The notes under the pieces are model-generated. The model did no database searches and was not told the DNA's origin. It worked only from the letters and a program-made list of their open reading frames with translations. Shown piece after piece: positions 30,483 to 39,583 of a DNA stretch of 64,000 nt (within the stretch, counting starts at the first letter, position 1; each line of letters opens with the position of its first letter). The stretch lies in contig CACPHU010000002.1 in assembly GCA_902633855.1 (NCBI GenBank), positions 37,339 to 101,338 on the forward strand, in the 5' to 3' direction. The DNA comes from an uncultured OCS116 cluster bacterium (lineage in GTDB: Bacteria; Pseudomonadota; Alphaproteobacteria; Rhizobiales; TMED25). Made by a program: the position numbers and the translations under genes.

Positions 30483-31661
30483 ATGCAGATAAAAAGCTTT
30501 CAAGATGAAGATCTTAAAAATAAAATAGTCCTATTACGCACAGACTACAATGTCCCAACAAATGATAAAGTCGTTGTTGACACGACCAGGATTGATGAGT
30601 CTATTCCAACTATCAATGCCCTCCTTAAAATGGGAGCTAAAATAATTATTATTACACATAGGGGGCGCCCCAAAGGTAAGATAGATATTTCTTTATCAAT
30701 GGAGCCAATTGCGAGGGAATTAGAAAAAAAAATAAATAGAAATGTTAAGTTTATTAACAGACTTGATGAAGATATAGCAAGACATGAAGAGGAAATATTT
30801 TTATTCGAAAATATAAGATTCTTTCCACAAGAGGAACTAAATGATAATAGGTTTGCACAAGAACTCAGTAAAATGGGACATGTATATGTAAACGATGCAT
30901 TCGCCGCGTCACACAGGAAACATGCATCTTTAAGTGGACTCCCTAAATTTCTACCAAGTTTTTTCGGGCTTTGTATGGAAAAAGAAATTTCGGCACTCGA
31001 TGATGTATTTTCCCATCCGACAAATCCAGTTGTTGCAATCATTGGTGGATCAAAAATTTCAACTAAAATTCAACTCCTTGAGAGTTTGATCAGAAACGTT
31101 GATAAAATTATAATCGGTGGAGCTATGGCGAATACATTTCTTAAGGCCAACTCAAATAATATTGGCTCATCCCTATACGAAGCAAGTTGCATTGATATTG
31201 CCAATGGTATCATGAATTCAGCCAAGAAAGAAAATGTTAAATTAGTTCTTCCCATTGACGCTAAAGTGTCTAAAAAATTAGGTGATTACCCAAGCGCGAA
31301 AAATAAATTTTTGGATGAAATCGAAATCGATGACATGATTCTTGACCTTGGGGTTGAATCATCTAGAATTATTATGGATGAAATCTCCGATGCAAATACC
31401 GTAATATGGAATGGTCCGCTGGGCGCTATCGAATATAAGCCCTTCGACCAATCGACGGTTGCTGTCGCAAAAGAATTAGCTCTGAGATGCAAAGATAAAA
31501 ATTCTAAAGTGGTTGTGGGTGGAGGAGATACCATATATGGAATTAATATTGCTGGAACGTATGAAGACTATACACATGTTTCAACAGGTGGGGGAGCATT
31601 TTTACAGTGGCTTGAAGGAAAGGATTTGCCGGCTGTGGAAGCAATTTTAAATAAGCATTAA
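30483..31661 (+). CDS. pgk: Phosphoglycerate kinase
   Basis: 392 aa with RTDYNVP, the hinge and a C-terminal nucleotide domain (GGGDT, STGGGAFLQWLEGK). Confidence 0.95.
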   Translation: MQIKSFQDEDLKNKIVLLRTDYNVPTNDKVVVDTTRIDESIPTINALLKMGAKIIIITHRGRPKGKIDISLSMEPIARELEKKINRNVKFINRLDEDIARHEEEIFLFENIRFFPQEELNDNRFAQELSKMGHVYVNDAFAASHRKHASLSGLPKFLPSFFGLCMEKEISALDDVFSHPTNPVVAIIGGSKISTKIQLLESLIRNVDKIIIGGAMANTFLKANSNNIGSSLYEASCIDIANGIMNSAKKENVKLVLPIDAKVSKKLGDYPSAKNKFLDEIEIDDMILDLGVESSRIIMDEISDANTVIWNGPLGAIEYKPFDQSTVAVAKELALRCKDKNSKVVVGGGDTIYGINIAGTYEDYTHVSTGGGAFLQWLEGKDLPAVEAILNKH

Positions 31662-31686
31662 TGCCAATCGGTATGGGTAATTAATT

Positions 31687-32709
31687 ATGAAAAACATTCT
31701 ACATCAGATTGCTGAAAAATTAGTTGAAAATGGAAAAGGTATTTTAGCCGCAGACGAGAGTACGGCAACTATTACAAAAAGGTTTGATCAAATTAATCTT
31801 CAAAGCACGCCTGAAAACAGGAGAAATTACAGGGAGATGCTCTTTCGAACAACGGACGCAATGGAAAGCTATATATCTGGTGTCATTTTGTATGATGAAA
31901 CAATACGGCAGGATTGTCAAAATGGAGAGAAGTTGATTGATTTACTGGTCGCAACAGATACTTTGATAGGTATCAAAGTTGATACTGGAGCAAAACCCTT
32001 AGCACTTCTTGAAAGTGAGACTGTTACAGAAGGATTGGATGGGCTGAGAGAACGGCTTACGGAGTATGCAAAACTTGGTGCATCATTCGCAAAATGGAGA
32101 GCAGTTATAAGTATTACTGATAAAACACCAACAGACTATGCAATCCAAGCAAATGCTGATGCACTTGCAAGATACGCTGCGTTATGTCAAGAAAATAAGC
32201 TCGTTCCAATAGTTGAGCCTGAAATATTGATGGATGGCGATAAATCAAAACACACAATCGAAAAATGTTACGAGGTCACATCAAAAACTTTAGACATAGT
32301 ATTTGATGAATTAACTAAAGCTAATGTTGACCTGAAAGGCATCATACTAAAACCAAATATGGTTATAGCAGGTATACATTCACCAAACCAAGCAGCTGGA
32401 TTTGAGATTGCAGAGCAAACACTTAAATGCCTCAAAAATCACATGCCTGATACCGTTCCAGGTGCATGCTTCCTCTCAGGTGGACAAAATGATATCGACG
32501 CAACAAAGCATTTATCAATTATGAATAAAATAAAAGATTTTGATATCAATTTAAGTTTTTCTTATGGAAGAGCTCTCCAGCAAAGTGCATTAATGGCTTG
32601 GGGTGGAAAAGATGAAAATATGACGAAAGCTCAACAAGCTTTCAGACACCGAGCTTACATGAATAGTTTGGCCACAAAAGGCGAATGGTCAGAACATTTA
32701 GAAAAATAA
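31687..32709 (+). CDS. fba: Fructose-bisphosphate aldolase, class I
   Basis: 340 aa with GILAADES, the EPEILMDG motif and the Schiff-base region ILKPNMV. Confidence 0.9.
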   Translation: MKNILHQIAEKLVENGKGILAADESTATITKRFDQINLQSTPENRRNYREMLFRTTDAMESYISGVILYDETIRQDCQNGEKLIDLLVATDTLIGIKVDTGAKPLALLESETVTEGLDGLRERLTEYAKLGASFAKWRAVISITDKTPTDYAIQANADALARYAALCQENKLVPIVEPEILMDGDKSKHTIEKCYEVTSKTLDIVFDELTKANVDLKGIILKPNMVIAGIHSPNQAAGFEIAEQTLKCLKNHMPDTVPGACFLSGGQNDIDATKHLSIMNKIKDFDINLSFSYGRALQQSALMAWGGKDENMTKAQQAFRHRAYMNSLATKGEWSEHLEK

Positions 32710-33644
32710 GCAGAGTATTAGACTCAAAAAAGATCTTCCTGACACTCGGTGCCTTCCTTATATGTTTTACTTCAGTGTCTGCTGATATCCCAAATGATAA
32801 ATTCAAAACATTGTTAAATAATAATCAAATCAATGATGCAATAGAGTTATACAATACTCATAGTGAACAAATGTGGGCTTATTGGTTAGCAAAAAAATAT
32901 ATAAGAAATGGAGACATTGACTCTGCGATTGAGTGGTATGAAGAGTCTATTAAAAAAGATGATCAAAATTCAAAGTTTGAAATAGCAGAAGTACTTTTCC
33001 ATAATAAAAATAACTACTCTAAATCCTATAATTATTTTTATGAATTGAAAGATAGCAGTGATAAATTTTTATCATCTTACGCGAAATATTATCTCTCAAT
33101 TTTTCATAGATATGGAATTAATGTTCCGCTTAATGAGTCAGTGGCTTATAAATATATGAGTGATGCCAGTAAAGAAATTGAATTAGCAAAGTATTCTCTC
33201 ATTGAATATAAGCTTAATGGTGTTGGAACAAAAATTGATAAAAAAAATGCAGCTCTAATGATGTTTGAATTTGCTGACCAAGGTTATACAGAAGCGGAAT
33301 ATGATTATGCAATGATGATTTTGAATGAGATCGGAATTAAGAAAGATGAAAAAATTGCCATTATATGGCTTGAAAGATCAGCACAAAAGGCTTATCCACC
33401 AGCATTACAACAGTTAGCGATCATGTATTATTATGGTATTGGAACAGTAAAAAATGATGTTAAGGCATACGAATATTATTTATTAGCAAAGCAACTTGGC
33501 GTAACTGATATTGAATTGGATATGAATATGAGTACATTATCCTCTGTTCATAGAAAAGCTGCGGTTGACAAATTTGAAAATTTTAGACCACGTATGAATG
33601 ATTACAGCATTACTTATTTACGTATGCCAAAGTTTATGAAATAA
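32685..33644 (+). CDS. Secreted Sel1-like (SLR/TPR-type) repeat protein
   Basis: 319 aa with a signal-like N-terminus (IFLTLGAFLICFTSVSA) and Sel1-type repeats (AIIWLERSAQKAYPPALQQLAIMYYYGIGTVKNDVKAYEYY). The start overlaps the fba 3' end by 25 nt. Confidence 0.7.
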   Translation: MVRTFRKISRVLDSKKIFLTLGAFLICFTSVSADIPNDKFKTLLNNNQINDAIELYNTHSEQMWAYWLAKKYIRNGDIDSAIEWYEESIKKDDQNSKFEIAEVLFHNKNNYSKSYNYFYELKDSSDKFLSSYAKYYLSIFHRYGINVPLNESVAYKYMSDASKEIELAKYSLIEYKLNGVGTKIDKKNAALMMFEFADQGYTEAEYDYAMMILNEIGIKKDEKIAIIWLERSAQKAYPPALQQLAIMYYYGIGTVKNDVKAYEYYLLAKQLGVTDIELDMNMSTLSSVHRKAAVDKFENFRPRMNDYSITYLRMPKFMK

Positions 33645-33703
33645 GTATCAAGTCGAAAATATAAATTACTGATGAGAACTTTCGTTAACGAATAGAGGAT
33701 GAA

Positions 33704-34267
33704 ATGAAAATAAACGGAAATCAAATTAAGATAGGTAACGTACTTGAACATAAGGGCTCACTATTTGTTGTCACTAAAACGCAAGCTGTGAAACCTGGTA
33801 AGGGCGGTGCGTTTAATCAGGTAGAGATGAAATCTATAATTGATAACACAAAGTTGAATGAGAGATTCCGCTCAGATGAGATAGTTGAGAGAGTAAGAAT
33901 AGACTCCGAAAGCTATCAATTTTTATACTCAAATGATAGTGAGCTAATATTTATGAATAGTAATACATACGAGCAAATATCAGTAAATCAGAGCATGTTA
34001 GATGAAAAAAAATCATTCCTAAAAGAAGGCATGATTGTTGAGGTTGAGCTATATGAGGGCAACCCAGTAAGCGTTATTTTACCCGAAACAGTCTCGTTAA
34101 AAGTAATAAATACGGAGCCCTCCATCAAAGGTCAGACTGCAGCCTCATCATCGAAGCCAGCAATTCTAGAAAATGATATAAGAGTTACAGTACCGCCTTT
34201 CATTAATAACAATGACATAATCATAGTAGATACGAATGAAATGACTTATGTAAAGCGGGCTGACTAA
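33704..34267 (+). CDS. efp: Translation elongation factor P
   Basis: 187 aa with the loop KPGKGGAFNQVEMK and a three-domain length. Confidence 0.93.
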   Translation: MKINGNQIKIGNVLEHKGSLFVVTKTQAVKPGKGGAFNQVEMKSIIDNTKLNERFRSDEIVERVRIDSESYQFLYSNDSELIFMNSNTYEQISVNQSMLDEKKSFLKEGMIVEVELYEGNPVSVILPETVSLKVINTEPSIKGQTAASSSKPAILENDIRVTVPPFINNNDIIIVDTNEMTYVKRAD

Positions 34268-34271
34268 TTTC

Positions 34272-35057
34272 ATGAGCTATCTACCAAATACAAATGTTCT
34301 TTATTCAATTGTAAGAAATATTGCAAAAATATATCGCCGTGATTTTGGCGAACTCCAACACTTACAAAATTCTAAAAAGTCGATAAAAGAATTTGTTCAA
34401 AAAAGTAAAAGCAGGGTAGAGTTTTACATAATTGACGAACTCAAGGCAAAATATTCAAAAAATGGTTATGAATTTATTTCAATATCTAATATCTCAAAAA
34501 ATGATTTTGAGACAACCTCTTTTCCAAAAAACTCTTTCATAATTAATCCCCTTGAGGGTGAAATGAATTTTACGCGAGGTATCCCGTTATTTTGTATAAC
34601 AATTGCCCATATAAAAGAGGGTATCGTACAAAATAGCATCGTATACAATCCAATCTCAGACGAGGTTTTTATTGGTGAAAAGGGGATTTCTGCGAGGTAT
34701 AATAATAAACGCATGAGCGTATCTAATGAAGTGAATACCGACAACGCAATGATATCAATTGATGAACGTCTAGATCTCTTTAACAATGATATAGACGATA
34801 TTTTTTTAAAATATTTGAACTCCGTTAATTCAATACGTCAAATGGGTGCAATATCACTTGAGGTATGTATGGTGTCCAACGGCGCATTAAACTGCTTTAT
34901 TGGTAATAATGAAAGTAAGCACTCGGTAATAGCAGCCCTCCTAATTTTAGAAGAGTCTGGTGGAGAGATTAATAGGCTGAGCTTTAAAGGAAAGTCACAA
35001 AAAAATTATTTTATTGTATCCAACCAAAAAATATACGACAATTTAATCAAAGAGTAG
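34272..35057 (+). CDS. Inositol monophosphatase/SuhB-family protein with degenerate active site
   Basis: 261 aa, alignable to SuhB along its full length, but the ligand motifs are altered (NPLEGEMNF instead of DPxDGTxNF, HSVIAAL instead of WDxAAG, no EE motif). Confidence 0.7.
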   Translation: MSYLPNTNVLYSIVRNIAKIYRRDFGELQHLQNSKKSIKEFVQKSKSRVEFYIIDELKAKYSKNGYEFISISNISKNDFETTSFPKNSFIINPLEGEMNFTRGIPLFCITIAHIKEGIVQNSIVYNPISDEVFIGEKGISARYNNKRMSVSNEVNTDNAMISIDERLDLFNNDIDDIFLKYLNSVNSIRQMGAISLEVCMVSNGALNCFIGNNESKHSVIAALLILEESGGEINRLSFKGKSQKNYFIVSNQKIYDNLIKE

Positions 35058-35088
35058 CTCAAGAATAGCATTAGGGGAATTTGTAGCG

Positions 35089-36036
35089 ATGACTGATATT
35101 CCTGTTTCAAGAAACTTCACGCATCCAAGAATTTACTTATTTAGGATGCTAATCTTCATTTTTTTAATCTCATTTTTCATATTATTAATTCAAGAGGATC
35201 TAACAAAAGCATTCCAAACTAATCCTGTTATTAATACAGTTATAAGTTCAGTTCTTGGCTTTGGAATAATATATATTTTGTGGTTAACAATAAGATTGTT
35301 CCGCGAAGTAAAATGGGTTAATAATTTTCAAAATGGTGACCACCACGCGGATATTGGCTCACCGCCATCATTACTTGCACCAATGGCAACCATGATGCTG
35401 GATCATAAATACGAAATTACTCTCTCCGCAACTTCAATGAGATCTATACTGGACTCAATCTCTTTTAGACTTGATGAGTCAAGAGAATACTCAAGGTATA
35501 TGATTGGTTTGTTGATCTTTCTTGGCTTGCTTGGAACATTTTGGGGTCTATTACTTACTGTTGACTCAATTGGGCAAACAATTGGTACACTTAAAATTGG
35601 AACAGGTGAAGCTTCGATAATGTTTGAAGAATTGAAACTAGGTCTTGAAAAACCATTGTCCGGAATGGGCGTTGCCTTTTCATCTTCATTATTTGGCCTT
35701 TCTGGATCTCTAATTCTCGGCTTCTTTGATCTTTTATATAACCAAGCCCAAAATAGGTTTTATAATGAACTCGAGGAATGGCTATCCACCGTAACTGAAA
35801 TTAATGATGAAAGATCTGACAGTAAAATGAATTTCTACCTTAACAGAAATTTAAAAGATATGCACTCAATCCTCGTTGAATTAGAAAAGTCATTAAATAG
35901 TGAAAACATAGATAAAAGTAGTGGACTCAAAACTGTATTAAACTCAATTGAGCAGCAAAACAAAGATATAAGTAAACTATTGAGTGAGCAGAATAAGCTA
36001 CAAAAAAAAATAATTGACGAAGTTAAAAAGAAATAG
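35089..36036 (+). CDS. MotA/TolQ/ExbB-like ion channel subunit with charged C-terminal tail
   Basis: 315 aa, four hydrophobic segments, channel-helix motifs LLIFLGLLGTFWGLLLTV and GMGVAFSSSLFGLSGSLILGFFDL, then about 100 aa of coiled-coil-like tail. Confidence 0.6.
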   Translation: MTDIPVSRNFTHPRIYLFRMLIFIFLISFFILLIQEDLTKAFQTNPVINTVISSVLGFGIIYILWLTIRLFREVKWVNNFQNGDHHADIGSPPSLLAPMATMMLDHKYEITLSATSMRSILDSISFRLDESREYSRYMIGLLIFLGLLGTFWGLLLTVDSIGQTIGTLKIGTGEASIMFEELKLGLEKPLSGMGVAFSSSLFGLSGSLILGFFDLLYNQAQNRFYNELEEWLSTVTEINDERSDSKMNFYLNRNLKDMHSILVELEKSLNSENIDKSSGLKTVLNSIEQQNKDISKLLSEQNKLQKKIIDEVKKK

Positions 36037-36069
36037 AAATTTTTTTGACCAGAAAAATCAGTATTAACC

Positions 36070-37554
36070 ATGCCCAGAAGTAGTATACGACCTAATAACA
36101 GCAATACAGCAAATTATTGGCCTGGATTTGTCGATGCAATGGCTACTATTTTATTAGTCATAATATTTTTACTGACAGTATTTATTTTATCTCAATTTTT
36201 CCTTTCAACAGAAATATCATCGAAGGACGATGCTTTATCTGATTTGCAAGATCAACTTAATGAGCTGTCGCTTCTTTTGTCCCTCGAGCAAACCCAAAAT
36301 GAAGAATTTATAAATCGTATTCAGGTTCTAGAGCAAGACATAGTAAATCTTGGCTTAAGAAATGAAGGGTTGAACATCGAGCTTGAAAAAGCCAAAGATG
36401 ATATGATAATTTTACAAGATGAAATTATTGCCCTAAAAGATGATTATAATAACAGACTAATTATCCTGCAGGATGAGTTGGATGAGAAAATCGTGCTTTT
36501 CGAAGAAAAAAGAGATGAGTCTGCTCTCAGAAATGAAAAAATAATTAAACTAGTTTCTGAAAGAAATCAGCTTGCATCACTACTGAAAATAAAAGATCTA
36601 CAACTCGAAAATAATTCAGAAAAGATTATTAATTTTGAGGCTCAAATAACTAATCTACAAAATAATATAGATGATTTAGGTTTGGATCTGGAAAATAAAG
36701 AAAAGTTGATTATCGATTTAAGGAAAAAGAACAAAACCCAAAATAACCTCTTGACCGAGCTAAAGACAGATAAACTAAATATGGACATAGCCTCAATAGA
36801 TCAAGAAAAAGTAATTCAAGATAATGAGCAAATAATTATAGATCTTAGAAAAAAAGAAATTGAAAATAGTGAAAAACTTGAAAAATTTAAATCGATTTTA
36901 TTATCTACAGGTCAAAAAGCAAAATCATCGAGCAATGAAGTGCAAATTTTAAATATTCAAATTTCTGAGCTAAAGAAGCAAATACAGGCAATACAAGCTC
37001 TTCTTGATGCATCTGAAAAAAGAGATATTGATCAGCAAGCACGAATAGCCGACTTGGGAAAGAGATTAAATGTTGCATTGGCGCAAAGAGTAAAAGAATT
37101 ATCTGAATATAGATCTGAATTTTTCGGTAAGCTTAAAGAGATAATTGGTAACCGGGATGATATTAAAATTATTGGTGACAGATTTGTATTTCAGTCTGAA
37201 GTGCTTTTCGATAGTGGGGAGGCAAATATAGGAATTGAAGGACAAAGACAGCTCGCAAAGCTATCGGTAGCTATCCAAGACCTTATAAGTGAAATACCAC
37301 AAGAGATAAATTGGATACTTAGGATCGATGGGCATACGGACAGAGTCCCAATTAGAAATTCCAGATATGAGTCAAATTGGGAATTATCAGCTGCTAGGGC
37401 GATTTCAGTTGTAGACTTCCTTATAAAAACTGGGATTCCGCCCAATAGACTTGCTGCAACTGGAAGGGGTGAGTTTATGCCGCTTGAAACCGGAGATAAC
37501 GAGATTGCCTACAAGAAAAATAGACGCATTGAAATAAAACTCACCGAGAGTTAG
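36070..37554 (+). CDS. MotB/OmpA-like peptidoglycan-binding subunit with long central coiled coil
   Basis: 494 aa. MotB-type anchor YWPGFVDAMATILLVIIFLL, about 300 aa of E/K/L/N-rich heptad-like sequence, and a C-terminal OmpA-like domain (RIDGHTDRVPI, SNWELSAARAISV, NRRIEIKL). Confidence 0.7.
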   Translation: MPRSSIRPNNSNTANYWPGFVDAMATILLVIIFLLTVFILSQFFLSTEISSKDDALSDLQDQLNELSLLLSLEQTQNEEFINRIQVLEQDIVNLGLRNEGLNIELEKAKDDMIILQDEIIALKDDYNNRLIILQDELDEKIVLFEEKRDESALRNEKIIKLVSERNQLASLLKIKDLQLENNSEKIINFEAQITNLQNNIDDLGLDLENKEKLIIDLRKKNKTQNNLLTELKTDKLNMDIASIDQEKVIQDNEQIIIDLRKKEIENSEKLEKFKSILLSTGQKAKSSSNEVQILNIQISELKKQIQAIQALLDASEKRDIDQQARIADLGKRLNVALAQRVKELSEYRSEFFGKLKEIIGNRDDIKIIGDRFVFQSEVLFDSGEANIGIEGQRQLAKLSVAIQDLISEIPQEINWILRIDGHTDRVPIRNSRYESNWELSAARAISVVDFLIKTGIPPNRLAATGRGEFMPLETGDNEIAYKKNRRIEIKLTES

Positions 37555-37625
37555 AACAATTTTGGACTTGTGATATTTGGTATATTATTGTATATAATCA
37601 AACTATAGATTTATGAGATAGTAAA

Positions 37626-37850
37626 ATGAAAAAACAGGGTCATCCAGATTACCATAAAATACAAGTTGTCATGACTGACGGAACTAAATATGAAACGCAC
37701 TCAACGTATGGAACGGAAGGTGACACACTAACATTAGATATCGATCCAACCAGCCATCCTGCGTGGACTGGTGGCTCTCAGCAAATACTTGATAGGGGCG
37801 GAAGGGTGAGTAAATTTAATAAAAGATTTGAAGGCCTTATAAGTAAATAA
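37626..37850 (+). CDS. rpmE: 50S ribosomal protein L31 (Cys-less form)
   Basis: 74 aa: [12 protein letters not shown]...HPAWTGG...[11 protein letters not shown]. No CxxC zinc motif. Confidence 0.9.
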   Translation: MKKQGHPDYHKIQVVMTDGTKYETHSTYGTEGDTLTLDIDPTSHPAWTGGSQQILDRGGRVSKFNKRFEGLISK

Positions 37851-37894
37851 TCTTATAAATTTAAATTCGGTTTACACCACAATTAATATTTCTA

Positions 37895-38872
37895 ATGAAA
37901 GTAATAGATATAGTCAATCATGGTAAGAATAGTAAACTTATTCTGACCAAAAAAGCTGTTCCAACTCCGAAAGAGGGTGAAGTATTAATTGAAGTGCAAG
38001 CAAGTGGCGTCAACAGACCCGATATATTGCAAAGATATGGACTTCATCCACCCCCAAAAGGGTCCCCAGATCACCCGGGGCTAGAAGTTTCTGGTATCAT
38101 CAGTGAAGTGGGATCGGAAGTTAAAAAATTTAAAAAAGGTGACAAAGTAATTGCACTCCTAGGGGGCGGTGGTTATGCTGAGTATTGTCTGGCAAACCAA
38201 GAACTCACCTTACCAATGCCAGAAAATCTATCCTTTGTAGAAGCGGCAGCAATACCTGAGACTTATTTTACAGTATGGAATAATTTATTTCGAATTGGTA
38301 AACTGAGGCCAAATGAGAATGTTCTTATCCATGGTGGTTCAAGTGGTATTGGGACAACAGCTATACAGATGTCAAAAAAATTTGGCGCAAATGTCATAAC
38401 CACAACGAGCAATGAACATAAGCGCAAAAAATGCTATGAGATTGGTGCAGATTTTGTTGTGAATTATAATAATCAAGACTTCTATGAAGAAATTAAGAAC
38501 TCGAAATATAATAAAATAGATATAACTCTAGATATCGTTGGTGGTGACTATACAAATAAAAATTATGCTTTATCAGCTATGAATGCTCGAATTATTCAGA
38601 TTGCGTATTTAGAAGGGCATCTTTGCAATATTGATCTTTCCCAGATTATGAGAAAGAGCCTATCTCACACAGGATCAGTCCTACGTCCAAAAAATTTAGA
38701 GTACAAAGCTGCAATTGCATCTGATATTGAATCAGAAATCTTACCCTTGGTTAATCTAGGTAAGATAAAACCAATTATCTACAAAAGCTTTTTTCTCGAA
38801 GAAGCAAATCAAGCACATGATTTGATGAAAAGCGGCGAGCATTTTGGAAAAATTATTCTGACCAAAGAATAA
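37895..38872 (+). CDS. NAD(P)H:quinone oxidoreductase (zeta-crystallin/PIG3-type MDR)
   Basis: 325 aa medium-chain dehydrogenase without structural zinc. Contains GVNRPDILQRYGLHPPP and the nucleotide motif HGGSSGIGT. Confidence 0.85.
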   Translation: MKVIDIVNHGKNSKLILTKKAVPTPKEGEVLIEVQASGVNRPDILQRYGLHPPPKGSPDHPGLEVSGIISEVGSEVKKFKKGDKVIALLGGGGYAEYCLANQELTLPMPENLSFVEAAAIPETYFTVWNNLFRIGKLRPNENVLIHGGSSGIGTTAIQMSKKFGANVITTTSNEHKRKKCYEIGADFVVNYNNQDFYEEIKNSKYNKIDITLDIVGGDYTNKNYALSAMNARIIQIAYLEGHLCNIDLSQIMRKSLSHTGSVLRPKNLEYKAAIASDIESEILPLVNLGKIKPIIYKSFFLEEANQAHDLMKSGEHFGKIILTKE

Positions 38873-38950
38873 AATAATTTCGAATATCTATAGAAACAAA
38901 ATAAATATTAGTATATTAATATCCTATAAACCGATAATTTGGAGTAAATT

Positions 38951-39538
38951 ATGGCACAAACACCTCTCATGCCCAAAGCAACAGCTGTTTGGTTAGTAGA
39001 GAACACAGCTTTAACTTTTGATCAGATAGCCGAATTCTGCAGTTTACACCCACTTGAAGTTAAGGGTATTGCAGATGGAGACGTTGCTCAAGGAATAAGG
39101 GGAATGGATCCTATAATGTCTGGTGAATTAACAAGAGTGGAACTCGAGGCCGCTGAACAAAATAGTGAGCACACACTGAAACTAAATCAAACGATGGTTG
39201 AGCTACCTGAGACCACAACAAAAAAACAAAAAAAATACACGCCTTTATCCAGGAGACAGGATAGACCAGCTGCGATTGCATGGCTTGTGAGAAATCATTC
39301 TGAATTGAAAGATAGTGAGGTAATTCGACTTGTTGGTACAACAAAATCCACAATAGAGTCTATCAGAAACAGAACACATTGGAACATTGGAAATATACAA
39401 CCTCAGGACCCGGTTGTTCTAGGTCTTTGCTCTCAAATAGAACTTGATAAATTAGTTCTGAGAGCTTCAAAAAGAGTTGAAAGAGAAGCGCAAAAAGAAA
39501 ACAAAACTCTTCAGTCGACAGCAGACACTCCGGATTAA
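38951..39538 (+). CDS. DUF1013 family protein (alphaproteobacterial, putative cell-cycle-linked regulator)
   Basis: 195 aa with the highly conserved N-terminus PLMPKATAVWLVENTALTFDQIAEFCSLHPLEVKGIADGDVAQGIRGMDPI, characteristic of DUF1013. Some databases label this family as a cell-cycle transcriptional regulator; I did not verify that here. Confidence 0.72.
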   Translation: MAQTPLMPKATAVWLVENTALTFDQIAEFCSLHPLEVKGIADGDVAQGIRGMDPIMSGELTRVELEAAEQNSEHTLKLNQTMVELPETTTKKQKKYTPLSRRQDRPAAIAWLVRNHSELKDSEVIRLVGTTKSTIESIRNRTHWNIGNIQPQDPVVLGLCSQIELDKLVLRASKRVEREAQKENKTLQSTADTPD

Positions 39539-39583
39539 TTTACAGCACAAGTCTTTTTAAAAAAACTTTATATATGTCTATCG

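Noticed and set aside
30545-31042. Other long antisense ORFs: 165 aa opposite pgk, 154 aa at 39604..40068 opposite the TSUP gene, 150 aa at 43946..44398 opposite pntB, 140 aa at 20352..20774 opposite tolA, 138 aa at 9858..10274 opposite serA, and 133 aa at 3011..3412 opposite DUF1134.
   Set aside because: Every one lies fully inside a confidently identified gene on the other strand and translates to repetitive, motif-free sequence. I treat them all as shadow ORFs. Only ribosome profiling could overturn this.
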